DNA of 64,000 nt from Bdellovibrio sp. GTDB taxonomy: Bacteria; Bdellovibrionota; Bdellovibrionia; Bdellovibrionales; Bdellovibrionaceae. Position numbers and translations under genes: made by a program. The number at the start of each line of letters is the position of its first letter. Positions within the stretch are counted from its first letter, which is position 1. Of this stretch, positions 28,141 to 37,563 are shown piece after piece. The stretch covers positions 608,001-672,000 of the forward strand of contig JAKFBS010000001.1 of the NCBI GenBank assembly GCA_036677065.1, in the 5' to 3' direction. The notes under the pieces were generated by a model that was not told where the DNA came from, searched no databases, and saw only the letters and a program-made list of their open reading frames with translations.

Positions 28141-30222
28141 ATGTCGAGACTGAAAGTTATATTAAGGGGAGCACAGATCAGTGACTTAAACCTTAGCCCC
28201 GATCGTGAATACGTCGGTGGCCGTAAGGAAAGTTGTGATATCCGTTTGCAACCTGAAAAAGGAATCTCGCGCGAACATTTCAAATTAAAATTTGAAGAAG
28301 GCCGTTGGGTATTAACTTCGCTCTCGCGATTTGGCGAAATCTTTTCTTTAGGGCAAAGAGTTGAATCAACTCCGCTTGAGCATGGCCAGGTTTTTCAGAT
28401 TCCCCCGTATGAATTCACTTTAAGCGATATACCGGATTCACAGAGTGATAGCGTCAATGCGAACGAAATGCCAGAGGCTGGCGAAAACGAACGTACGGTT
28501 ATTGGCGTAGCCCAGCAGGTTCCGTATATCAAAATGATGTCTTCAGATGGCGCTGTTCGAGAAATGCTTCGTTTAGAAGTAGGCGATGTCTGGGCTGCTG
28601 GCCGCGATCCATCATGCCAAATTATTATTCCTGATCAACGCGTAAGTCGTCGTCAATTTGAAGTTAGAAAAATTAATGGTATTTACACGATCATCGATTT
28701 AACCAGTGTGAACGGAACCTTCTTAAATGGTTCACCCATTTCAAGCACTGATCCCCAGCCATTAAAATCCGGTGATGCGATCACAGTTCTTGATAACACA
28801 ATGTACTTCGAACTTCATGATCCAAACTTTCAATACCGTATGGAACGCATTGAAGTTCCACCATTGCAAATGGCCGGTGCTGCAGGCCTGGACGATCTTG
28901 AAGAAATTGGTCTTGATGAAATTCCACTAGAAGAAGAACAATACGATCCGAATCAGGATATGAATTACCCGCAAGAAATTGATCAAGGTTATTACCAAGA
29001 TCAGTTAAATCCGGATGGCAGCCCCTTTACGGGAATGCCGCAGGAACAAATGCAGGGTGATTACTACAACATGCAACAGGGTGAACAAGCTTCTGAGCAA
29101 CAAGGCCCACCGCCAACACCAATTGTTCAGGCCTGGAACAGATTTAAAAATAACAAACCCGTTTTCTTTTCAGTGATCGCTTTATTTTTGGTCGGCATGT
29201 ATTTTTTAAGTGATATGATGAATGCGCCAGCGCCGCAAAAGAGCGGTCAGCAACAGGCTTTTAATCCGGATGATCCATTGTCACGCTTAAAACCAGAAGA
29301 GCGTGAAAATGTTAATCTGTGGTATAACAATGCTGAAAAAGCCCTTCGTCAGCAGGCGTTCACTATTGCTAAAGAAAACTTAGATAATATTCATAAGCTA
29401 ATGCCATTGGGATATAAAGATTCAAAACTTTATGAAGCTGAAGCTTTAAATGGTGAACAAACTTTATTAACTCAGCAAGAAACAGAACGTCGCGAAAAAG
29501 AACAGGCTGAATTACAGGCCCTGATCAAGGCCACATTAGAAAAATGTGAAAAGGCCATTGTGCCTGAAACCACTCCGGAAGGTTTGCAAGATTGCTTAGC
29601 GCCGGTGACAATCAATGATCCGACAAATGCAGACGCCGAAAGAATGTTAATGCAGGTTAGAAAAACAATTTCTGACCGCTTAGCTAAAGAAGAAGCAGAA
29701 CGTGTGGCAAAAAATCAGCGCGAAGAATTGAAAGAAATTTTTGAACGCGCAGAAAAAGTTCATGAAACTGGTTTTCCGAAAAAAGCCATTAAAGCTTACC
29801 GCGAAGTTATTGATAGTGATCTTCCGGATCCAGATGGATTAAAAGACACGGCGGCACTGCGAATTAAATTTATACAAAAAAAGTTAGAAGAACGTAATGC
29901 TAATAATATTTCAAGTGCTGAGCTTTATTTAAAAGACGGTAAATTTAAAGAAGGCATCATGGCTTTGCGAGCGGCTTTGCAATTTGATCCCGATAATCAA
30001 ACGATCAAAGATAAAATCGAACGTTACTCAAATGATTTACGCAATCAGGTGAAGGTGATGTACCAAGAGTCAATCATCGATGAAAATTTTGGTTATGTAG
30101 ATGGCTCTGATACCCGCCCGGGTGCAAAAGATAAATGGAAAAAAATTATCGATATAGATTTAGAAGACGGCGATTATTACCGTAAGGCCTTCATTAAGTT
30201 AAAACGCTATGGAGTATTATAA
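28141..30222 (+). CDS. Double-FHA, TM, TPR-like protein
   Basis: GGR..ISREH and AGRD..VSRRQ..SVNGTFLNG, then TM and TPR-like helices. Confidence 0.85.
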   Translation: MSRLKVILRGAQISDLNLSPDREYVGGRKESCDIRLQPEKGISREHFKLKFEEGRWVLTSLSRFGEIFSLGQRVESTPLEHGQVFQIPPYEFTLSDIPDSQSDSVNANEMPEAGENERTVIGVAQQVPYIKMMSSDGAVREMLRLEVGDVWAAGRDPSCQIIIPDQRVSRRQFEVRKINGIYTIIDLTSVNGTFLNGSPISSTDPQPLKSGDAITVLDNTMYFELHDPNFQYRMERIEVPPLQMAGAAGLDDLEEIGLDEIPLEEEQYDPNQDMNYPQEIDQGYYQDQLNPDGSPFTGMPQEQMQGDYYNMQQGEQASEQQGPPPTPIVQAWNRFKNNKPVFFSVIALFLVGMYFLSDMMNAPAPQKSGQQQAFNPDDPLSRLKPEERENVNLWYNNAEKALRQQAFTIAKENLDNIHKLMPLGYKDSKLYEAEALNGEQTLLTQQETERREKEQAELQALIKATLEKCEKAIVPETTPEGLQDCLAPVTINDPTNADAERMLMQVRKTISDRLAKEEAERVAKNQREELKEIFERAEKVHETGFPKKAIKAYREVIDSDLPDPDGLKDTAALRIKFIQKKLEERNANNISSAELYLKDGKFKEGIMALRAALQFDPDNQTIKDKIERYSNDLRNQVKVMYQESIIDENFGYVDGSDTRPGAKDKWKKIIDIDLEDGDYYRKAFIKLKRYGVL

Positions 30223-30224
30223 TC

Positions 30225-30803
30225 GTGAAATCAAAAATTAATTCGCATAACGGCGATCAAAAGTTTCCCCAAACCAAATTACACAGTTTGTTAAATGATA
30301 ATTTACTGATTTGCATTCGTTTGTGGAGTGGCCCAGAGGCCGAACAAAAAGCCGTTGATGAAATTTCAAGATATCTTTCTGCGGCTGATGCAGACTTAGA
30401 AGTGACAACGCCCTTTGATTATATTGAAAGCTTATCTTCATTATCAAATAAAGTGCGTGTAGCTTTGTTGTTGGCCAACGAAGCCATTTATTTAGATAAT
30501 AAAGAAAGATATACCCAAGGCTATGAAATCGCGATTTGTTACAAGCATAACAAAGAAATCAGTATCGGATCGGTGGGCCGTTTTGCATTTACTGCAGAAA
30601 AAAAAGATAAAAACTTTACCATATTTGAATCAGGTGCATTTTTAGATGATTTAGTGTTATTACCCACAGATTTATTGGGCATCGAACGCGAAGTAGATAT
30701 TAAATGCACTTCGGTTTCTACGCGTGATTTAGAGGCTATCCAAATTAGCTCAACGTTTGACGAAAACACTTATTGGCAAGCGCATCTTAATCAATTCGAT
30801 TAG
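30225..30803 (+). CDS. Hypothetical protein, possibly degenerate PP2C-fold
   Basis: ALLLANEAIY...IGSVGR resembles the PP2C AN..I / HVGD segments but lacks the Asp. Confidence 0.45.
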   Translation: MKSKINSHNGDQKFPQTKLHSLLNDNLLICIRLWSGPEAEQKAVDEISRYLSAADADLEVTTPFDYIESLSSLSNKVRVALLLANEAIYLDNKERYTQGYEIAICYKHNKEISIGSVGRFAFTAEKKDKNFTIFESGAFLDDLVLLPTDLLGIEREVDIKCTSVSTRDLEAIQISSTFDENTYWQAHLNQFD

Positions 30804-30816
30804 CGTTAACTTAATA

Positions 30817-32493
30817 TTACAAAACAAAAATTGGATCGACAAAAATCAATGGATGATACCAAACTTTATTAGGCTGGTATAAACCCCACATGTTTTCTAA
30901 AGCCAGATTCCAAATCGCGATTTTAATTTCTTCAAAATATTTTTTACGACTTAACTCATAAGTTAGTTTTGCTTTTTCAGGGCTTAAATCAAATAGACTT
31001 GCGTGTTTAAACTTTAAATAGTCGACGAATAAACTATCATGACAAGATTTTAGCTGTGAAAGGCTTGTTGGTGGTTTGCTGATCAGATTTAAACACCCCG
31101 AATAGGCCATATCTAGTTTTGTCAGATCTAATTTGTCGATCTGTTTATTTTTAAGCTGCTGATTTAACCAGTACAGATAAAGTGGATGGTTTTCAGAAAT
31201 TTTTAACGAGAAAAATTCAGCAGCAGGTAAAGTGTTTTTTAAATAATCCCGGGCGATCGTAGAGCCATTGTCTTCAATGGGAGTAATGCTCGTCATAAAT
31301 AAACGACGGATGCTTGGAATATCCTGCTCGGTATTTTTTTTGTTGTTAAGGTTAACGACTTCAAAACGGTCGGTCGCTAAATTAAAAATTTCGGTTTCTT
31401 CTTTGCGATCTATAACCAGCAATGTCGGACTAATAATCGCAAAGTTTAATTGTAAGGGTGATTTGATCCATGTATTAGAGGCTTCAACCAACAGCTGGCG
31501 AGTGCCGGCGATGCTGTCAGAGGCCTCACTGTAAAATTGACTGAGGTTTAACACTGGAAATCCATCAAGCGTTGAAGGTTCGTCAGACTCGAAGAAATGC
31601 TTAAGTGTATAACCTATGTCGGCCAGACTTATGGGGATGTCATTCTTCCACGAAATACCTTCATCGCCTTGCATGCGTGGAGGTTTGATTAAAAGTGACA
31701 CAAGCGTATTTTCAGAATGTAAATTTAAAAAAGCAGTTTCATTTAGGCGGTTATAATTATTGCTGCCGCGCAAACCTACAACGTAAACGTAAGTTTTATC
31801 CCAAATGCCGCGATCTTTTAGTTCAGTGATAAAGTTAAAGAGTTTTTCGTCTAATCTTTCAAGGTTAGTTGATGTCGTATCAAGTTCATTTAAAGCCTCG
31901 ATTTCAGAATTGGTAATAACCGCAAAAAATGGGGTTGAGTCTTCTTTTTGCCAATCTAAAAAGCTTTCTGAAGTGGTTTTGAAATCTTTAATAATTTGGT
32001 TTGAATATTGAGCGGCTGCTGAATCGTCGAAGGTATCAAAGTATTTCGATAAGCCAGTCTTTTTAAGTACATGCGGGTTGCCAGCGAAAAACCCAGTGCG
32101 ATAACTTTTGTGATACGCAGCCTCTTGTGCGGTTTTAACTTGCGAGTTTAATTGATCAAAACTGCGATGCACGCCGTGAACCAGCGGATACTGGCCAGTT
32201 AATATTGATCCCATCGCGGCAGCAGGTTGTAAGGATGTGGTGTAAGCATGAGTGAAGCGCATGAACTCTTTACAAATCAGAGCGATGCCCGAATTGTCGT
32301 CGTTTTTTTCTTCAGAACAGTTCAAACGTTCGTTATCGAGCTGGTCAAATGCCAGAATTAACACAGATTTTTTTGTTTCACTTTGGCAAGAAGTCTGGAA
32401 AACAAACAACATAATAAACAAAACAGTGACAAAAACCGGTCGGGCCCAGACTTTGGTATATTGAGTAAAATTGAGTTTTTTTGACCGGCTCAT
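30817..32493 (-). CDS. Sulfatase/alkaline phosphatase-superfamily protein (degenerate active site)
   Basis: SVLILAFDQL, FTHAYT..LQPAAAMGSILTGQYPLVHGV, YRTGFF. The CxPxR motif is absent. Confidence 0.7.
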   Translation of the reverse strand: MSRSKKLNFTQYTKVWARPVFVTVLFIMLFVFQTSCQSETKKSVLILAFDQLDNERLNCSEEKNDDNSGIALICKEFMRFTHAYTTSLQPAAAMGSILTGQYPLVHGVHRSFDQLNSQVKTAQEAAYHKSYRTGFFAGNPHVLKKTGLSKYFDTFDDSAAAQYSNQIIKDFKTTSESFLDWQKEDSTPFFAVITNSEIEALNELDTTSTNLERLDEKLFNFITELKDRGIWDKTYVYVVGLRGSNNYNRLNETAFLNLHSENTLVSLLIKPPRMQGDEGISWKNDIPISLADIGYTLKHFFESDEPSTLDGFPVLNLSQFYSEASDSIAGTRQLLVEASNTWIKSPLQLNFAIISPTLLVIDRKEETEIFNLATDRFEVVNLNNKKNTEQDIPSIRRLFMTSITPIEDNGSTIARDYLKNTLPAAEFFSLKISENHPLYLYWLNQQLKNKQIDKLDLTKLDMAYSGCLNLISKPPTSLSQLKSCHDSLFVDYLKFKHASLFDLSPEKAKLTYELSRKKYFEEIKIAIWNLALENMWGLYQPNKVWYHPLIFVDPIFVL

Positions 32494-32546
32494 GAACTAA
32501 CATCATAATGACTAAGTAATAAATGTAAAGACTAAAGGAGCCTTCA

Positions 32547-33173
32547 ATGTTCACTGACAAAATTTTCGCCGTAGCTCATTACGCAGACCAATTCGTGTTA
32601 TTGGTTTTAGTATTAATGAGTGTGATTTCAATCGCTATGATTTTTGAAAGATTTATGACTTTAAAAAAAGTCGCATCAGAAAGCGAACGTGTACGTGCAC
32701 GCGTACGTATGGCTTTGCAAACCGGTTCTGTGAGTGATTATGAAGATATCGCAAAAGATCCAACTTCAATCGAAGGCCGTGCTGCAGGGCAAGCGTTAAA
32801 ACATTTTAAACAAAATGGTGAGCCTGGTTTTACTGAAGTATTTAATACTTTTATTTTAACTGAAAAACCAGATCTGGAAAAATTTCTTCCGGTACTGGCA
32901 ACGATTGCATCGAATGCTCCGTTTATCGGGTTATTCGGTACAGTGTTAGGTATCATGAAAGCATTTAATGATTTGGCAATGGCTCCAGAAGCCGGTCAGC
33001 AAACTGTTATGGCCGGTATTTCGGTAGCTTTAGTAGCAACAGCTGCAGGTTTATTCGTGGCGATTCCGGCCGGTATGTTTTTCAATTATTTTACGCGCAA
33101 AGTTCGCACGATTATCAATAGTGTTGAGTCGGTTAAAGAACTTGGTATCGCATACACTAAAAAAACGAAATAG
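32547..33173 (+). CDS. MotA/TolQ/ExbB proton channel protein
   Basis: LATIASNAPFIGLFGTVLGIM, ALVATAAGLFVAIPA. Confidence 0.93.
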   Translation: MFTDKIFAVAHYADQFVLLVLVLMSVISIAMIFERFMTLKKVASESERVRARVRMALQTGSVSDYEDIAKDPTSIEGRAAGQALKHFKQNGEPGFTEVFNTFILTEKPDLEKFLPVLATIASNAPFIGLFGTVLGIMKAFNDLAMAPEAGQQTVMAGISVALVATAAGLFVAIPAGMFFNYFTRKVRTIINSVESVKELGIAYTKKTK

Positions 33174-33180
33174 GTGAGTT

Positions 33181-33582
33181 ATGGCTTTTAAAGCTGACCA
33201 AGATGAAATTATGTCAGAAATTAACGTCGTACCACTGGTCGACGTTATTCTGGTTGTATTGATTATTTTTATGGTGACGGCGCCAATGATTATGAAGCCG
33301 TCAATTAATGTTAATCTTCCAAAAGCGGCTTCAGGCGAAGCGACGACACCTTCAAAATTAAATATTACGATCAGTAATGACGGAAAATTAAATTTAGATG
33401 GTGAAATCGTTGAAGACGCCCAAGTGCAGGCGAAAGCTTTAGAAGAAGTCGGTAAAAATCCTGATATTCAGGCGATTATTGCGGCCGATAAAGATGTTCC
33501 GCATGGCCGTGTGGTGTCGGTTTTAGATATCGTTAAAGGTGCGGGCGTAAAAAAATTCGCCATCAGCATCGATAAAAAGTAA
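33181..33582 (+). CDS. ExbD/TolR protein
   Basis: EINVVPLVDVILVVLIIFMVTAP, ADKDVPHG. Confidence 0.93.
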   Translation: MAFKADQDEIMSEINVVPLVDVILVVLIIFMVTAPMIMKPSINVNLPKAASGEATTPSKLNITISNDGKLNLDGEIVEDAQVQAKALEEVGKNPDIQAIIAADKDVPHGRVVSVLDIVKGAGVKKFAISIDKK

Positions 33583-33597
33583 TTTTGAATTCAAAAT

Positions 33598-33640
33598 GAA
33601 AATAAAAAGGGTGGTCAGCTAGATCACCCTTTTTATTTTC
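33598..33640. terminator. Bidirectional terminator
   Basis: gaaaataaaaagggtggtc/gatcacccttttt attttc inverted repeat between convergent genes. Confidence 0.75.
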
Positions 33641-33656
33641 GAATTTCATTTTTTTG

Positions 33657-34241
33657 TTAGTACCAGTATTTTACAGCGCCATTTACGGTTAATGAGTCGT
33701 TTTCCAGATCTCCTTGTTCTTCAACAAAGTTGTAACGAGCATTTGCACCGAGTGTGACATATTCTTTGTCTATATCACTTACCGGAATATCGAATCCGAT
33801 CATTGGGGCTGCCACAGCTAAAGAATCGTCATCGGTAATCAGCGCACCGACACCTAAAGCGACCCAGCTATGTTTGATGAATGTTGTGTCGCCACCGAAT
33901 GCGTATCCGGCTTTAAGTAAAGCTGTATGCACATCTTCTTCGGCATCGCCTGATCCAACTTGTGAAAAACCGTATTCAAGCCCTAGCGTGAAATTTTGTT
34001 TCGTTGGGGCGTAGCCGATATCAAGACCGATATTAGTTTCATCATCACCATCACTATCCTCTGGCATAACAGCACCAGCTAGAAGGCCAACATGCGGTTT
34101 ATATTCTGAAGTAAACATATTAGGTTTTCTCATACTTAAATAACCCGAATCGTCCTGAGCTGCGGCAGATAAACTAAAACAAGTACATGACGCTACAATA
34201 ACCAATAACTTAGTAACTAAACTAGACATTCTATTTTTCAT
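33657..34241 (-). CDS. Small outer-membrane beta-barrel protein
   Basis: SD AAGGAGGAG, signal peptide, about 8 amphipathic strands, C-terminal KYWY. Confidence 0.75.
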   Translation of the reverse strand: MKNRMSSLVTKLLVIVASCTCFSLSAAAQDDSGYLSMRKPNMFTSEYKPHVGLLAGAVMPEDSDGDDETNIGLDIGYAPTKQNFTLGLEYGFSQVGSGDAEEDVHTALLKAGYAFGGDTTFIKHSWVALGVGALITDDDSLAVAAPMIGFDIPVSDIDKEYVTLGANARYNFVEEQGDLENDSLTVNGAVKYWY

Positions 34242-34419
34242 AAACTCCTCCTTGTAGTTAACCCACTTATAATGAGCAAATCGAAGTACCGAGTCATTTG
34301 TCCCAGATTGGGCCGTTTTCACTCTAATTTTGTTTTATATTGAGACTCTGTGACGACATATGCCGAGAACTATTCCTCAATTGAGTTCAATTTCACCAGA
34401 CCAAATCCGATAAGAATAT

Positions 34420-34944
34420 GTGATCAAAAACTTACGACGCCGACATAAAAGTATAATCATAGCTGTGCTATGCTTGATGGTAACATCAGGTGTAAGCGGT
34501 TATTATATTTTTAAACCTGCGCCACGCCTGCAAAACTTTTCAGGTCGTTCACCGGCCTCGATTCAACCACTGGAAGCTGTGCAAGATGAGCCCGCATTCT
34601 TTGCTGGGGATGAAATTAAAAAACCAACTCCGTTTGAAACAACGTTGGCCTTAGATTGCCAAGAGCTGTTTGCTGAGAATTCTAAAATCAGTTCAGCGAG
34701 TGTGTCTTCAGGTCATGTTATTTTAAAACTTTCACACTGCGCGAAACAAATCGAGTCGGTGAAAAACATTGAACTGATTAACAAAACAAATGGTTACAAT
34801 GCGCAATTATTTAAGCTGAGCAAGACGCAATTTAATTCAGATTTTATTCAGCTGGATAAGGGCGATAATCACCTCGAATTCGAAATCAGCCTAAACGACG
34901 GGCAAAAAAAACTGCAAATATTTAAAATTCAGCGAATTCAATAG
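34420..34944 (+). CDS. Hypothetical anchored protein
   Basis: N-terminal TM and RSPAS motif; sigma28-like TCCGATAA upstream. Confidence 0.6.
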   Translation: MIKNLRRRHKSIIIAVLCLMVTSGVSGYYIFKPAPRLQNFSGRSPASIQPLEAVQDEPAFFAGDEIKKPTPFETTLALDCQELFAENSKISSASVSSGHVILKLSHCAKQIESVKNIELINKTNGYNAQLFKLSKTQFNSDFIQLDKGDNHLEFEISLNDGQKKLQIFKIQRIQ

Positions 34945-35010
34945 GCTAAATAGCCGATTTGACCGCTTTTTGGGTGACAGGAACGCTGGCTTTACATAAT
35001 TTTATGCGGC

Positions 35011-35688
35011 GTGAATGACACTCAAAGTTCTCAAAATTTAAACAGTCTGGCCGGCGATTTAAAAAAGCGCTCCGATGTTCATATTGCCCGTAAAATCTGG
35101 CATATGACCGGCGTAAGCATTTTCTTTATTGGCTGGTCGCTTTTACCACATTGGTTAAGCATGAGTTTATTAATTCTTGGTTGGTTCGCATTTGTGCCGC
35201 CAGATTTAATTCGTTTATATAATCCAAATTTAAATCGTATTCTAACTCGTTGGTTTCGCCCCATTATGCGCAAGAACGAATTGGATCGTCCGGCGGGAAC
35301 AACGTACTTGCTGACCGGTGTTATTTTTATCGGGTTTATTTTTCCGCCAGAAATCGTGGGCTTAAGCTTATTATTTTTAGCGTTTGCCGACCCGATTGCT
35401 AGTTATATAGGAATTCGTTATGGCAAAGATAAAATATTTGGCCATAAATCAGTGCAAGGGTTTCTTGCCGCATTTGTCGTTTGTTTTTTAGCGACGTTTA
35501 TTTACTTATACTTAAAAAATATCAGCGATTATATTTTGATCGTAAGTCTGATTGCAGGCCTAATAGGGGCTTTAGCTGAGTTAGTCCCGATTGCAAAAAT
35601 TGATGATAATTTTACGATGCCAGTATTAAGCAGCGTCGGTTTGTACTTTATTTTTACTTTTTTTAATATTTTCCAGCACTTAAAATAA
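35011..35688 (+). CDS. CTP-dependent polyprenol/diacylglycerol kinase family (dolichol/phytol kinase-like)
   Basis: RKIWH, AFADPIASYIG, KSVQG, IDDNFTMP. Confidence 0.85.
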   Translation: MNDTQSSQNLNSLAGDLKKRSDVHIARKIWHMTGVSIFFIGWSLLPHWLSMSLLILGWFAFVPPDLIRLYNPNLNRILTRWFRPIMRKNELDRPAGTTYLLTGVIFIGFIFPPEIVGLSLLFLAFADPIASYIGIRYGKDKIFGHKSVQGFLAAFVVCFLATFIYLYLKNISDYILIVSLIAGLIGALAELVPIAKIDDNFTMPVLSSVGLYFIFTFFNIFQHLK

Positions 35689-35704
35689 CAACATAGGATT
35701 TATT

Positions 35705-36523
35705 ATGGTTGATCAATTCGATGAACTTGAAGAAAAAACAACATCAGGCAAACGCTTAGGCATGTATGTCTACATTTTGCCAAATCTGGTAACGATTGGA
35801 AATTTATTCTGCGGCTTTTTTTCAATTATCAAAACTTTTGAAAAAGACTATAAAGTGGCAGCGATCGCCATCGTGATTGCTGCGATTTTTGACCAGTTAG
35901 ATGGCCGTCTTGCAAGATTAACCCGTGCAACTTCTCAGTTCGGTGCCGAACTTGATTCATTATGTGATGCAGTTAGCTTCGGTGTTGCACCAGGAATGTT
36001 AATGTATTTCTGGGCTTTACAACCATTCGGGCGTTTAGGTTACATGGCGGGCTTTTTATTCGCAGCATGCGGAGTTTTACGTTTAGCGCGCTTCAATGTT
36101 CAAGTTGGTGTGGTCGAGAAAAATTACTTTCAAGGTTTACCAATTCCAATGGCTGGCGGCATTATCGCATCTGCGGTTTTAGCCTTTGAAGATATGGGTT
36201 GGGTTGCTGAAGGTAATGTCGGTTTATTAGTTGTAACTATGTTATTGGCTTTTGTGATGGTTTCTAATTTTAGATACCGTTCATTTAAAGATATCGATTT
36301 AAAACAACGTCTGCCATTTAAATATTTAATTGCCGGTGTGATTGTTTTATTTGTCGTAGCACTTCGTCCTGAGATGATGTTGTTTGTCTTATTCTTCGGT
36401 TACGCAGCTCTGGGTGCAGTTTTCGGAGTTTTTCGTTGGGGAAAAAACCGCAAACAATTACCAGCCAGCGTTTATGCTCCGGCGCAAACAAATGAAAAAG
36501 ATTTACAAGAAGAGGTCGACTAA
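35705..36523 (+). CDS. pssA: CDP-diacylglycerol--serine O-phosphatidyltransferase
   Basis: LPNLVT, DQLDGRLAR...FGAELDSLCDAVSFGVAP, LRLARFN, FQGLPIP. Confidence 0.93.
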   Translation: MVDQFDELEEKTTSGKRLGMYVYILPNLVTIGNLFCGFFSIIKTFEKDYKVAAIAIVIAAIFDQLDGRLARLTRATSQFGAELDSLCDAVSFGVAPGMLMYFWALQPFGRLGYMAGFLFAACGVLRLARFNVQVGVVEKNYFQGLPIPMAGGIIASAVLAFEDMGWVAEGNVGLLVVTMLLAFVMVSNFRYRSFKDIDLKQRLPFKYLIAGVIVLFVVALRPEMMLFVLFFGYAALGAVFGVFRWGKNRKQLPASVYAPAQTNEKDLQEEVD

Positions 36524-37527
36524 TGAAACCTTGGAAAAAGGCTTTAAAAGTTGGTTTAGTGGGAGCCACTGGCGTTGTCGGTGAAACTTTCATTAACATG
36601 TTAGAAGAATATGCTTTACCCATTGAAGAACTGCGTCCCTTTGCTTCGCAAAATTCATTGGGCATTAAGCTTGAGCTAGCGGGCAAAGAGTGGGCTTGCC
36701 AGGTTTTAAAACAAGGCTGTTTTGATGGCCTTGATATGGTGTTCTTTTCTTCAGGTGATGACATTTCAAAAGAATGGGCGCCACATGCTGTAAAAGCCGG
36801 TGCATTCGCCATTGATAATTCAAATGCATTTCGTATGGATGAAGGCATTAATCTTGTCGTTCCTGAGGTAAATGGTAATTTATTAGATCAAAATTCTAAG
36901 CCACAAATTATCGCTAATCCAAATTGTTCAACGATTCAATTGGTTGTAGCCCTTAAGCCCTTACAAGATAAGTTTGGTATCACGGATGTCACAGTTTCTA
37001 GTTACCAAGCGGTGAGTGGTGCAGGTCTTCCGGGGTTTGATGAATTACTTGATCAAACTAAGAATTTTCAAACTCCTGATCACGAACCAAAGATTTTTCC
37101 TAAACAAATTCTTTTTAACTGTATTCCCCAAATTGGGGGCTTTGGCGCAGATGGTTTCTGCACTGAAGAAACTAAGATCATGAATGAAACAGTTAAAATC
37201 ATGGGTGATAAAGATATTAAAGTGTCTGCATTTACGGTGCGTATTCCGGCTTTGAATTCTCACTCTGAAGCCGTATGGGTGACTTTAAAAAAATCAGCTA
37301 CAAAAGACGAAGTGATCAACGCTTTAGGTTCTTTTGAAGGTTTAGCAGTGATGCAAGATGATTACCCGACAGCATTAGACGTTTCTGGAGAAGAACCGGT
37401 TTTTGTTGGACGTATTCACCAAGACCGCCACAATCCAAATCGTTGGTTAATGTGGGTGGTTTCAGACAATCTTAAAAAAGGTGCGGCGTTAAACGGCTTA
37501 CAAATCGCAGAACGCATTTTTTCCTAG
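36523..37527 (+). CDS. asd: Aspartate-semialdehyde dehydrogenase
   Basis: VGATGVVG, NPNCSTIQ, YQAVSGAG, DNLKKGAALN. Confidence 0.97.
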   Translation: MKPWKKALKVGLVGATGVVGETFINMLEEYALPIEELRPFASQNSLGIKLELAGKEWACQVLKQGCFDGLDMVFFSSGDDISKEWAPHAVKAGAFAIDNSNAFRMDEGINLVVPEVNGNLLDQNSKPQIIANPNCSTIQLVVALKPLQDKFGITDVTVSSYQAVSGAGLPGFDELLDQTKNFQTPDHEPKIFPKQILFNCIPQIGGFGADGFCTEETKIMNETVKIMGDKDIKVSAFTVRIPALNSHSEAVWVTLKKSATKDEVINALGSFEGLAVMQDDYPTALDVSGEEPVFVGRIHQDRHNPNRWLMWVVSDNLKKGAALNGLQIAERIFS

Positions 37528-37563
37528 CAAAGCCTAGTCTCCTATGCTGCAATATTTAAAGAG

